In this document: positions 39,186 through 52,440 of the stretch, one piece after another
How the letters are laid out: each line of letters starts with the position of its first letter
How positions within the stretch are numbered: the first letter of the stretch is position 1
Assembly: GCF_026210795.1 (NCBI RefSeq)
Contig: NC_089435.1
Coordinates: 310,001 to 374,000, forward strand
Reading direction: 5' to 3'
Origin: Rhizophagus irregularis
Taxonomy: Eukaryota
DNA: 64,000 bases
Notes under the pieces: generated by a model
The model's input: the letters and a program-made list of their open reading frames with translations, nothing else
What the model was told of the DNA's origin: nothing
Databases searched by the model: none
Position numbers and translations under genes: made by a program

Positions 39186-41075
39186 TTAATTATTGTGTAT
39201 TCTTTCAAAATTGTATGTACTCACAACAGGTTCAAAATTTTTTTGGAACTTCAATGTTTTTTCCGATATGTCTATCAAAAATGTCAAAACATACGAGTAA
39301 GGAAATGGAATTTCAGTTGGTTTAGATACTTCATCAAGTTGTTTCATTTGTTCAGGTGACATTCTGAAAACAATTTTTTTTTTTTTGTTGAATTTACGAT
39401 AGTAAATATATATTTTTTTAAAAATAAAAAAATTTTTAAATAGTTAAACTTACTTAAATTCAAGTGATTTAAGATTTTCTTCAAGCTGGGCGGCTGCTCT
39501 GGCACCAATTGTAGAACAGTTTTGTTGAACCCAATTTAAAGCAACCTATTTATAAATTTAAAACTATAACTTTTTATATTTTTGTCCGATATGTCTATGC
39601 ACTATAAAAAAAAATCGATCACCATACAACGGCTGATTTTCTCGTATATTTTCCGGTAAGAAAACTATTATAGAACAATCAATATAACGTTATTATTTTA
39701 AAATAAAAGAATGGGATAATAATTAATTATTACCTTTCGGCAGTGACACCCCATAGAAGAATTCCAACCTTTTAAAATATGTATTTAATTCTTATATATA
39801 GTTCAAGTGTAAATTTAGCTTATACACACATCAAGTTCAGCACAAGCAGGTTGTAAGACAAATTCTAAAGATCGATCCAACAAGTTATAACGTGATTGAA
39901 GTCCAATCAATGAAAGGGCTAAAGTACAGTTGATAAATGAGCGTTTACTTAACATCTTTAGTTTCTACCAAGTAAAAGTAATTATTAAAATTTCTACCTC
40001 CATCCACGTAATTCAGCAATAGCATTAGCTCGAGCGAGTTCCCAAGATGGAGTGTTGCTTATAGCAACATATAAAACCTAACATTTATTTTTTAATAATA
40101 TTTCAGTTAGAGAACAAACTTATTTTGAATTAAAAACGATTAACGATCTCATAAATTCTTCAATCGGAATAGCCATGAACATATAAAATATCAACATAAC
40201 TCATATTTAACCGTTTAAAACTTTCATCTAAATTTCTACAAGACTCTTTCGATGATTTCCTCTTAAATATACATGTATAAGTTGTCAATTAATTTGCCGT
40301 CCCTGTAAAATTTTTTCAGAAAAATGATCACGTGTCTGAGTTTCTTCGGAATAAAAACTAAAAAAATGTAAGTTTTTCCCAGAATTTTTTTTTTATAAGG
40401 GCATTATTCGGGTTGAATCTCTTATCCTTTTGTATAGCACTAAGAATTAAATTTCAAATTTTGAAAATTATCGAAATTCAACTGAAATTAAATGATATTA
40501 CATAAACAGTTTGTTGCAATCACAACATCGGATCGTTTATCGAAACATAATCTCCGAGGAAACGTTCACTCTGAGTATTTTATTAATAAATATTATTATT
40601 GTATTTAACTAAAAAAATTTGCCTTTTTATTACTTACTTAATGTAGGTATCTAAAAAATAAAAATGTTAAAGTAACCGAACTTCTATAGATAAAGTCAAT
40701 TGATTGCGTAACTAAAACAAAAAAAAATTTTCGCCCTTTTCATAATAAAGATCAAAAACTTTTTTCGTTTCCTCTTTATTACTACCATATCCCTATTTAT
40801 ATAACGTTAAAATATTGAGAAATCATTTTTTTTTCTTTTTTAATCACTAATTCAAATTAATATTCAACTCCATTGTTCTCCAAAAGTCTTCAAATATATG
40901 TTAACAATATATAATGTTATTAAATATTATAACTAATTATTTATATCATAATTTTGGCAAATTTTAAAAAATGTTCTTACCGAAGTTCCAAGACATATTG
41001 AGAAACTCTTAATCCACTACGTCCCAATAAATCATAATCATCGAGAACTTTACTAGGGGAAGTATCGTGAGTCAT
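39186..41075 (-). pseudogene. Aldo-keto reductase pseudogene AKR2 (duplicate of AKR4)
   Basis: Collinear with 57479-59544 but has several exon deletions, frameshifts, a lost donor and a ~100-bp insertion at ~40296-40400. Confidence 0.88.
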
Positions 41076-42949
41076 TTTCTTAAAATAAAAATTTTGATAA
41101 CTTTCAAGATTTCAACTTTCGTAGTTTCGTAAGTTTTAATTATTTATGAATTTGTATATATTTCAATAATTTACTTTAAAAACCGTGGCCTTTTGGTGAG
41201 TATTTCTGTATTTAATTCTTAGCAAATTTACCAGTGTTACACGGTTAATCAAAAGTGATAAAAGGTAAAAATAAAATTGAAACAAGAGAGATTTAAAAGT
41301 AAATTGACCAAGCAATTAACGTGTATATAAAACACAAATTAAACAAAAAAGTGATTGAGTAAATTGACTAAGCGAAATTTTGACAATCATACAGTATCTT
41401 GAATTGAAATTGGGCGCATTTTTTAGTATTTTTGGGTGAAGATGTAGTTCAAGTTGCGTCATTTGTACGGTTTTGACGTATCAAAATATTTATTTATTTT
41501 TTTGCGCTTATCACTCTTTTAATTAACGGTATATTCAGTATATTTATCTCTCTTTGGCTTATTCTTCTAAAGTTTTCTCTTTTATTTAATTACAAGTATA
41601 ATTATAGATGATTCATAATTTTTGAGATCATCAAAAATTTCACTTTTAAACCGTTAAATTATTATTTTAGCTGCGCCTTATAAATTTGTCTGCAGATCAC
41701 ATGAATTAATGTCGAGACGAGATGTTCCGCGTTTGCCCATAATTTTTTTGATAATAGGATCACTTTTTTTTAATCAAAAAGATAAATCGGTTATTGAAAA
41801 CCATTTTATCTGAATTTTGGGCAGAATTAAAAATGGCATGAAACTCAGCCCGCAAATATTCGCTAATGCCGGTGCGGAGATGAACGTTACGTAATACATA
41901 AAACGAAAAACGAATTATGCTTGTAATAAATTATCGAATAAATTTAAGAAAATTTTACAGGTTGCCCAAAAGTGTTTGTCGATTGTCGATTTTGCCTTGA
42001 TAAAATTATAAAATTGTAAATATTAAAATATTTATGGGTCATTTATCATCATTTTTGCAATCAATATTTTCACTATAATAGATAGAAGACAAACATTTCA
42101 TTCTTATTGTAATTTCGAGTTGTAAGAATTACGAATTTTTGTAAGTTTTCTAAATTTTGACATTTTACTTACCGTCCAAGTTCCAAGAACCCTATGAATC
42201 TAATTCCATAGGGTCCCAATTGTTAAGAACAATAAAGAGTGTACTCAAAAGGGTCGTCGTTTTTAAAAAATTTTCAGTTATTTATGATTTCTCCTATTTT
42301 ATTTACTTTACTAAAAAGTAAATAAACGAATTTACTTATTTCATTACAATTAGGACAAAACTTTGGAGGGTTTTTTTTTATCCTCCTGTCGGAACGAATT
42401 TTTTGAACGTATGGGCGGTATGGCGGTGTTTTGCGCAGTTTTTGTCTATGATAATTTTTTTTTTCAGTTGTTTACAGTTAAATGGATGTTTGAATACCTA
42501 ACTCCGATTATATTGGTATCATACCAAAAATGGAAAAAAAAATATTGGATGATGCGATCAGCCGCAGTATATCGGAGGCTTTTTTTTTTATTATTTTTTT
42601 TTATTTCCAGTTTTTTTTTTTCAAACCCAGAAACAACTGTATTGTCAAAACAATTGTATTGTCAAACTATTGTATTATGCAAGATACTATACTCCCTAAT
42701 GTGTATTCAAAAAAGTATTTATATACCCTCAATACCCCTCTTTTTTTCATCATCTTTTTTTTCGTCAGCACTTTCGTCGTCTTTTTTTTTCGAGGTCTAT
42801 CTTCTCTCTTAGGCTTTTCCTTCTATCTCTTAGCCCCTTTTCTTTACATCTTCCTTTAGACGGGTTTGTGTGTGGTTATATCATTTTTTTTCGTCTTTTT
42901 TTTTAGGACTCTCTGTCTAGGTTTTCTCTTATTAGGCCTTCTTTTAGAC

Positions 42950-43635
42950 CCCTTTTTTGTTTTGTCCTTTTTTTTTGTTTCGTTGTCTTTTTTTTGTTTC
43001 GTTGTTTTTTTTTTGTTTTTTCGTTCCTTTTTTTTTGTTTTTTCGTCCTTTTTTTTTTGTTTTTCGTCCTTTTTTTTTATTGTTTTTCGTCCTTTTTTTT
43101 TTTGTTTTTTCGTTCCTTTTTTTTTGTTTTTTCGTCCTTTTTTTTTTGTTTTTCGTCCTTTTTTTTTATTGTTTTTCGTCCTTTTTTTTTATTGTTTTTC
43201 GTCCTTTTTTTTTTTGTTTTTCGTCCTTTTTTTTTTTTCGTCCTTTTTTTTTTTTTTTCGTCCTTTTTTTTTTTTTCGTCCTTTTTTTTTATTGTTTTTC
43301 GTCCTTTTTTTTTATTGTTTTTCGTCCTTTTTTTTTATTTTCGTCCTTTTTTTTTGTATTTTCGTCCTTTTTTTTTATTTTCGTCCTTTTTTTTTATTTT
43401 CGTCCTTTTTTTTTATTTTCGTCTTTTTTTTTTATTTTCGTCCTTTTTTTTTTATTTTCGTCCTTTTTTTTTATTTTCGTCCTTTTTTTTTATTTTCGTC
43501 CTTTTTTTTTATTTTCGTCCTTTTTTTTATTTTCGTCCTTTTTTTTGTTTTGTCGTCTTTTTTTCGCTTCATCATCTTTTTTCTTTCATTCCGTCATATT
43601 TTTTTTCGTCATTTTTTTTTCGTCATTTTTTTTTT
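42950..43635 (+). repeat. T-rich minisatellite, unit approximately TTTTCGTCCTTTTTTTTT(A/G)
   Basis: Dozens of TTCGTCC cores separated by T runs; explains the stop-free Phe-rich ORFs in all three + frames. Confidence 0.95.
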
Positions 43636-45687
43636 AGGTCTATCGTCTCTCTGTATAGGTCTTCTCTTTATTAGGTCTTCTTTTGGCCTCTCTCTCTTTA
43701 GGTATGTGGGTTGTAACTCGCAAAAGGTTGAACAAGATATACAAGAATCATTTCTAAAAAATAAGGAAGGTTTACATATATCATTTTTATCTAATATTAA
43801 AGGTATGTTGAACTGTTTTTGTAAAGCTATCTAGTGAAGGTGAACAAGTGGATGCAATGATCAAGGAAGTTACGGCAACCTTGTGAGCTGGCAGGTCTAT
43901 CTATGATAACTCTGTTAACTGACGGACCTGGCTGAGATACGAATAAGATCTTCTCAGTGTTGAGGTCTACTATTCCGCAATGAGGAATAGTTACGTGCCT
44001 TCCTCAACTTTGACTCATGCAATTGATTTGTTCTCATTGAGGACTTTTGAATTCAGAGAACTGGAAGCGCTTCGTGGCCACAGTTTTACTGTGAACGTCC
44101 TTCTCTGTTTTCAGAATTTCTGGATGATAACAAATCTCTTGTGTGTCCAGGAGAGATGTCAGTGAACGGACGCAATAACCTAAAGCTGTGTTTTTGTAAG
44201 TTCTTTCAAATAGATACTTGTAGCTATACCTTTTATTGTGCAGTTTTCAGGAACGGACGGTGAAAATGTCGACACTAATATATAGGAAGAAGATCCGCAC
44301 TGCTTCGTTATGTTACTTGATACTTTAGAAGGATACTGCCTCACGTCACTACCAGATAGCGGGATGAAATTCGTACTTAGCGAGAGCTAACCATCCTTTT
44401 TAATTTATAGATGTCCCACAAGAAATTTGTAAGAACAACATTTAGTTATAATGAAGTGTTGGATGATGATTCTGAGGTCATGTGATATATTATATAATAT
44501 AGAGTTGATTCCGATTTTAAAATCAAATATTAATTCAGATGCAGTAATGCAGTATCATTACAGGGTGAATTAAAGTAGTAAAGTTAAAATTCTAAGGTAA
44601 ATTAAGAATTAATCATCTGCAGGTTAAGTATTCGCTTATTTCAGCAAGAATAAATAGTATTGACACGAACAAATGTTTAAGATTGATTATTGAAAGATCT
44701 CTTACGGTAACATACAAAGAAAAAAATTAAAAAAATAGTAAAATTTTTTTGATTGTAAGAAAAAGAACATGATTTTAACATAAATTTTACCGTACTTGTA
44801 ACTGCGTACATATATCGATGATTTGTAACTATGACTTCATCACCAATTCACCATCACTGCCACTATTCGTCTGAACTGCATGTACTAAAATTTAAACAAA
44901 TATGATATTTTATCCGTATATACCATAGTCAATTGTCATCTGAGGCTGAAATTAATAAAATGATTCGAGAAACTTTATACCGTGTATGCAGTATACATAT
45001 TTTCTGGAAATATTTGTTGAACATCTAATGAAATTTTTGAAAGGTCGTTTTATTTTCATGCTGAACAAAATTCTTTCGTCAACGTCTACATTTTTAAATA
45101 ATTTTTAGCCATACCGATCATTTCATCTACCTAACCCGCTTAAACAGATCGCTCGTAAATACCACGGCCTTTAATCCAATATCAAAAGAAAAATTCTACT
45201 CGAAACATTCTTCCAAAGAAGCATTCGAAAAAGTGCAATATTAACTAGACCAGTAAATAGTCTGAACACGAATGATGATGATCAAATAATAAACTGATCT
45301 AATTTATAGAAAAAATAGTGAGTTATTGGATAAAGGAAAATCTGGAAAATAATGAAAACAATGATAATAATAAAATAAAATTGAAATAAAAATTCAAAAA
45401 TAAAACTATTGATAAAAATAATATATATATAAAAAAAAAATAAAAAAAAATTTCCCAAAAATGAGAAAACCTTTGACAACGTCTTCAGCTTAAGAATAAT
45501 AAAAATAAAAACAAAAAGAAAAATAATATAAAAGAAAATTCAGTAAAAGTCACTGGGAACGTCATTTCAAAAGAAGTAAATTCTTCAAGAGGATCGTGTC
45601 AAAAGTTCTGAATATTTTATTTTATTGAAGAAAAAATATATTTATAAACAATCGAGAGAAAACAAAAATTGAGCCTTGTGAAATAAA

Positions 45688-47745
45688 TTAAAGATTTATT
45701 CTTCCAAAGTTACATGAAGTCGAGATAGCTTCAAATTTACGAGGCACTTCAATGTTTTTTCCGATGAATCTATCATAATTGCTAACAAACGAATTAGGAA
45801 ATGGAATTTCAGCTGGTTTAGATGCTTCATCCAGTCTTTTCACTTGTTCAGGCGTCAATCTGGTAATATTAGAATTTTTTTTTAATTTACGTTAGTAAAC
45901 AATTTTTTTTTTAAAAAAAAAACTTTCAAACAATTATACTCACTTGAATTCAAGTGATTTAAGATTTTCTTCGAGCTGAGTAACTGTTCTAGCACCAATT
46001 AAAGGAGAAGTAATTCCAGGTTTTTGTTGAACCCAGTTCATAGCGACCTATGTATTAGAAAAAAAAAATTAATATTCAATTGTTGAAAACAATTAAAAAC
46101 TATAGTTTTAAGATTAAACACCACCTGAACAGGAGTTCTGCCAGTCTCTTTTGAAACAGTAATTACTTCATCTAAAATCTTCCAATTTTTTTCGACTTTT
46201 GAATGATCTGCTACTTTATGACTGCGATGTTCCGATTTTAAGTTAGCAGCAGATTCTCTCGTATGTTTTCCGGTAAGAAAACTATTATGAAAATAATTAA
46301 TATTATGAGTATATTATAATATAAAAAAAAAGCATCAATAATTAATAATTACCCTTCGGCAACGGCACCCCACGGAATAATTCCAACCTAAAAGTTTTTA
46401 AATATATATAGATTTAGTAACTTTAGTAACCGTACATAATTCAAATAGAGTATAATTTTATAATACATACATCAAGTTCAGCACAAGCAGGTTGTAAATC
46501 AAATTCTAATGATCGATCCAATAAACTATACCGCGTTTGAAGTCCAATGAAAGAACTAAACACGTTTGATGAAAATGTATTAACTTGAAGCCCATCTTTA
46601 ATATCTACAAATCAAAATTATTGTACCTCCATCCACGTAATTCTGCAAATGTATTAGCGCGAGCGAGTGCCCAAGATGGAAAATTGCTTGCAGCAACGTA
46701 TAATACCTATATATATATATATTTTTAATAATGATATTTAGAAAAATTATTTCGAGCAAACATTATAAAATAATAGTTTATTTACTTTTCCACTTCGAAC
46801 GGCGTCATCTAATGATCTCATAATTTCTTCGATTGGAGTTCGAAACTCATAAATATGAACATATAAAATATCGACATAGCTCATGTTCAATCGTTTCAAA
46901 CTCTCATTAAGATTCTCCACAAGACTTTTTCGATGATTTCCTCCTATGTATTTAACAGTTAAGTTACATTTATTATCAATCAACATTAAAAAATATTTAA
47001 TTTTGTATTATGAATAGTCTACTAGCTCACCTAAATTCGGATTGAGTCTCACATCCTTTTGCATAGAAGTTGTATTACCTAAGAATTAAATCTAAAAAAT
47101 TATTGAAAATTCAAATTTGAAACGATATTATTTAGTTAATTCATGGTTCATACACGTATATTTTGTTGCAATCACAACATCAGATCGTTTATCGGAAACA
47201 TAATCTCCAAGGAAACGTTCGCCCTAAATATTTTATTAATGGACATTAATATTTGTTTGACTAAAAAAAATTTTTATTTATTTTTTATTACTTACTTCAC
47301 CATCATTATAATTACAGGCAGTATCTAAAGATTTGCGTATTATTAAATAGGAAATTTTCTATAACATTAAATCAAGTGATTGCATAACTGAAAAATTACC
47401 AAAAAAATTTCCGCCTCTTTCGTAATAAAGATCAAAAACTTTTTTCGATTCTTCTTTATTAGCGCCGATTCCCTATTTTGAAGTGTTAATATTCAGAAAT
47501 TCAGAGATCTTTTTTTTATCATCAATTCAAATTATATAAATAACTTACCCATTGTTCTCCAAAAGTCTTCAATGTATAGAATATGTTAACAATATATGTT
47601 TTGTCAAAGATATTTATTTAGCTTACAAAAATGATCTTACCGCAGTACCAAGACATAATGGAGAAACTCTCAATCCACTACGCCCCAATAAGACATAATC
47701 ATCGAGAGCTTTAGCGGTTTTAATAGACGAAGTATCTTGTGCCAT
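45688..47745 (-). CDS. Aldo-keto reductase AKR3 (close paralog of AKR1)
   Basis: Same exon layout; DTACNY, IATK, LYVHIYE; C-terminus EAISTSCNFGRINL* identical to AKR1. Confidence 0.9.
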
Positions 47746-48787
47746 ATTCTCAAAAATAAATATTCTTAAAATTTCTTGTGATGTATATTTATATATAAAT
47801 GTTTGCTTGTTTCTTTTTTATAAATTAATGGCTCTTTGATTTTCTGGATAATTCTTTGCCCGAGTTAGCTTAAAAAAATATGAGCAAAGTATAAACCAAA
47901 AATGATAAATTCATAGAAATAAAAATGTGACGTAACACTGCCCTTAGTATTGGTTTTTGATGACGTTGGAATTTTTCATTGGCTTTGAGACTTAAAAAAA
48001 TTAAAAAAAAAAAGGTCTTTAGAAACTTTTCATCGAAGGAATTCGAAAGTGGGTAAACTGTGATTGAGATGGCTAATATAGTTAATATGGTTGCACAGAA
48101 AACGTGATTGAAATTTAATCTAAGCAAGTAAGGCTAACCACATTTACCATACTGGTAAATCACCAGACTTTTGTATTACACCTTTTTTTTTCATCTTTCG
48201 TTTATGATAAATTTTAGACTTAAACCTATTTATAAACTTCTAAATATTTTATTGAATGTCTCTCAATAGCAACTTTTTATTATTTTTCAATTTTTCATCA
48301 AACTAACTGTAGCATTCATTATAGAAATATTTATTTTTTTTTTTAGTGAGATTTCAATTGGCAGCAGGTTTAAAACTTAATTTTCACCGAGCTTGATTAA
48401 AGTAATAGCCTCTGGAAGATTAAGTGAAGTTGCTCAGTAGACCCGAAACTACTTGTATCTCTATTTTATGATGTTGGAGTAATACTCGTGGTTTAGGCGA
48501 AGTCGCTCAACAGCTTTCATATATATTTGGAACAAAATCCGTGTAGAAATTAGCGTATTAGCGTAGCAGTACTAATTAATTTCCACAAAGCTAAGATATT
48601 TATTGTAATAATATTAAAGGATATTTTAGGATGCAGTATATTTAAATCAATCGCATATAAAAATTTTTAAATGTGAAAATCATCTGATGATAAATAAAAA
48701 AAAAATTTTTTTTTTTTTTACTATATATTAATCTGATGTGACACCAATTTTTCTAAAGTCTGATGATCTCAAGGTATGTAATCTTAT

Positions 48788-48820
48788 CGGATAATTTGAC
48801 GGAATCCGTCAAATTATCCG
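48788..48820. repeat. Perfect 33-bp palindrome
   Basis: CGGATAATTTGACGGA-A-TCCGTCAAATTATCCG. Confidence 0.9.
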
Positions 48821-49399
48821 GTCTGAAAAAATTAGACTGGGTGAAAAGGATAATCCAGAAATAGTAATTCGTTCAATCCGACCAATCCGACCAATGCGCA
48901 GAAGATAAGTGACTTTTTTGTAATAAATTATTATATACAAATAAAAAAAAAATCACCTCGAGGATCGTCAAGTTACATAAGAATACAAGAAGAAATTTTT
49001 TAAACGAGACTCCACGAATTCCTTTTAAACGTTTATTATATGTAAGTAAAAATCATTTGATTCGGATTCGGTTATAAGAATTTTAACACGCTATCAAAAT
49101 CCTACATTTTTTCATGAATATACAGTATAAGTAGAAATGAATTTTAATTTCATACACGAAACAACTCTTTCGAAAAACTTAGTTCAAGGTACGATTTAAG
49201 GCCTTTCTATTTGTTAAGATTTTTTATTTTAGCTGCGCCTTATTAATTCTTAATCTTTGCGAAAATAAGTCATTCTCACCAAGACTAATTGCAATCATTG
49301 AATAATTAAAAAAAAATTATATTTATATATAATTAAAATATTAAATAAAAAATATACGATATTTATACGAAATTTTTTTTTTCATTTCATTATTGTTTT

Positions 49400-51946
49400 T
49401 GATAGATGGGAATTAATTTTAATGTATTTTCTTAAAAAAAAAAGTAAATAATAAAAGTAAATAATAATATTCAAATAAATTTTAATCAAATAAAAATAAT
49501 ATTTACCATTATTTTCATAAGAATTAATATTTAATTCTTCAATATTTCGCTTAGTTTCAAGTACGTTTGATTTGTTACTAATATAAAAATTGTGAATTAT
49601 TTGGATTTAAATTATAAATAACTTAACAAATATTTTTTTTAACTTTAAATACCTTTCAATATCTATGTCAAATTCTAGTTCTTTTGAAATATAATCTATA
49701 AAAAAAAAGTAATTAATTATTCATCAAAAAAAAAAGATGACTTAATAGTTAGTACGTACTATTTAATGAAAAATTGGTAGATGAACATTTAAAAATGTAA
49801 GAACTTAAAGGTCTACTTGTATAAACAGCTTTTGGATGAGGTTTTTTTCTAAACTTGGGACTAAGGTTCTTTGAGTCTATTAACATTATCCTTTTAAATT
49901 CAGCTTGATAAAATTGATAAATAACATTTCCTCCAAGATTCCATGAATAACAAATCTTCTCAATTTCATATATAGAGGGTCTTTTTTTGGGATCAGGTCC
50001 CAACAACTTTTCATTAAATCAGCATAACATTCTGGTGTATCTTCTGTAATTTCAGGTCGTACACCATCAATAATATTAAAAATAAGAATACTGTATGATC
50101 ATATTCAACATTAGCAAAAGGCTTACAATCTGTTGTAAGTTCCCACATAATCATACCCAAACTATAAATATCAGATTCTTTAGAAAATGCAGACCCTTTA
50201 AATATTTCTGGTGCAATATAAGGTATCACACCATAAATTTCATTATCCGATGAGGTATCATTTGCAGGTCGTGATAATCCTAAATCTCCGATTTTACAAT
50301 TTACGTAATATTTGCTTGGCAAATCTACCAATATATTTTCACTGTGGACATCTCGATGTATAAAATTTGCATTATGAATAGCCTCAAGTCTAAAATAAAA
50401 ATAATGAATTTAAATTTATTATCGTGAATTATTTATTAACCAATAAATTTAAATAATAAATACCCAATTAAAATATTAATTAAAATATGTATTTTCTGTT
50501 TCCAATTGATTTCTGCAAATTTCTTTTGTAAATACTTATGTAAATCTCCTTCTGATGCATATTGTATAACTAATATATAATCATTCAATTTTGGATCTTT
50601 TGTAAAACCAAATGTTTTAATAACATTATATATAGATTTATAACAATGATGATTTGTTTTCAACTATAAATTTCGATTAGAATTAAAATATTTTTAATAA
50701 ACATTAAGTGAATAAATGTAAATTATTAAAATATTTACCTCACTCATAAAATAATTTTTAGCATATTGAAAGTTTTTAAATCTTTTTAAAATGACAAGCT
50801 TATCTCTATTTTTCGTATCATATTCATCATAATTCGTTAAATATTTGGAACCATCTATCAAAGTTGCTAGATATACAATACCAAATCCTCCTTCTGTTAT
50901 TTTTTTTACATTTGTAAATTGAGAATATGGTATGGTATATATTTCATTAATTTTTCTGAAAAAACTTTACCGCATAAAGAATAATCACAAATTTTGGATG
51001 GAACGAAATATTTATCAATATTTTTTAAATCGTTGGCGAATTTAGCTATTTTTAATTGATCATGTCTTATACTAATAAGAAAATCATCTAAAACATTATT
51101 CCCGCTGTTAATACTAATAATCTTTTTGTTATCTAGTATAATAATTGATACTCTTTTACATTTTTTACATTGTGATTGATTTGTAATTCCAAAAATAATA
51201 TTTGTTGTTAAACAATATCTACATCCAATTAAAAATATAAAACAATTCTCACAATATTTTTGACAGTTTGATGTAAATACTAATTTTTCATAACAATAAC
51301 AATCAGATGTATTTTCCCACCACGGCAAATAAACAATTGAAATAACTTTTTTAGTTAAGGTTGATTCTATACATCCAGAAGAAATTAGATAACAATTTGA
51401 ACATAATTTAAATTCTCTCATTATATAATGATCTGTTCCTTGATATAACAATTTTCCACATAGTTTACAATATCTTTCACTTTCAATCACGTTTTTGTAT
51501 TTAGTACTCAAATCCTGATAATTATAATAAAAATTATGATAACGACCAATTATTTGTTTAAAAAATAATATTATCAAACAATTTCTACAGCATTCTTGAA
51601 TATTCTGCGATACTTTTGTTTCACTTATTTCATATTTACTACATTCCAAGTCTTTTTTTAATAAATATACGTCCAAGTACATATTGATATTATCAATTAT
51701 AACGGTTCCACTTCTAGTATCGGTCTTATGTTTACTAGAATCATTATCCATATTAGTTAAATAATTCGATAAACATTTTTTACAATATTTTTGTTCATAA
51801 ATTAACGTCATTGTGTATTTTTCTCCACAATGAATACAAATATTATCATCCCCATTAAAAGAAACAAAAAAAATTGGTATGGGACTAGATTTTAATTTTG
51901 GTGTTGGATTAAAAGAATTTTCTTGATTTACATTTATTAGTTCCAT
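49400..51946 (-). pseudogene. Cys-rich TKL kinase copy K3, frameshifted
   Basis: A 5-bp TATGG duplication at ~50926-50935 and a second frameshift at ~50090; catalytic loop reads HRDVHSENIL. Confidence 0.88.
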
Positions 51947-52228
51947 CTTTGTTACGAGTATCTGTATTGGAAAATTCGATATACTGTATTTATAATTTTT
52001 CAAATTCTTAAAAATAATGAATTACTTAATTCTTACGTACACAAGTTATGTGATTTAATATTGTATTTTAATTGGTTAACTATCTTATATGGGTAAGGTC
52101 TTATATAAAACTAATACTTTGTGCATTGTGTAATGATGATGATCTACATACCCCTATTTCTATTTAATAATTTTCCTTTTACGTATTGGTATGAATATTT
52201 TTAAGGCGCAGTTTGACAAATGATGCAT

Positions 52229-52440
52229 AGGACCCCGAAAAATACATATGGAGGTCATAAATGATCGGCAAGATTTTGGCCTAAAATAAGCAACTTTTCA
52301 GGGCCGGAATTATGATAATGCTGGTCAGTATCAAAACGGACAATAAAATTTAGGCCGGCACTATCTAGAAAAGGCAAGATTTTCATGAAAATTTAGGTTC
52401 TAACTCAAATGTGACCTTTTTATGTATTTTTCGGGGTCCT
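52229..52440. mobile_element. 212-bp MITE with perfect 20-bp TIRs and 8-bp TSD
   Basis: AGGACCCCGAAAAATACATA / TATGTATTTTTCGGGGTCCT; TSD TGATGCAT (52221-52228, 52441-52448). Confidence 0.92.

Noticed and set aside
42363..43834. Five long Phe-rich ORFs resembling membrane proteins
   Set aside because: They arise from T-rich low-complexity/minisatellite DNA that lacks stop codons in all + frames.
46747..47328. Small ORFs within AKR loci (also 61074-62441) as separate genes
   Set aside because: They are exon fragments or antisense shadows of the multi-exon AKR genes.
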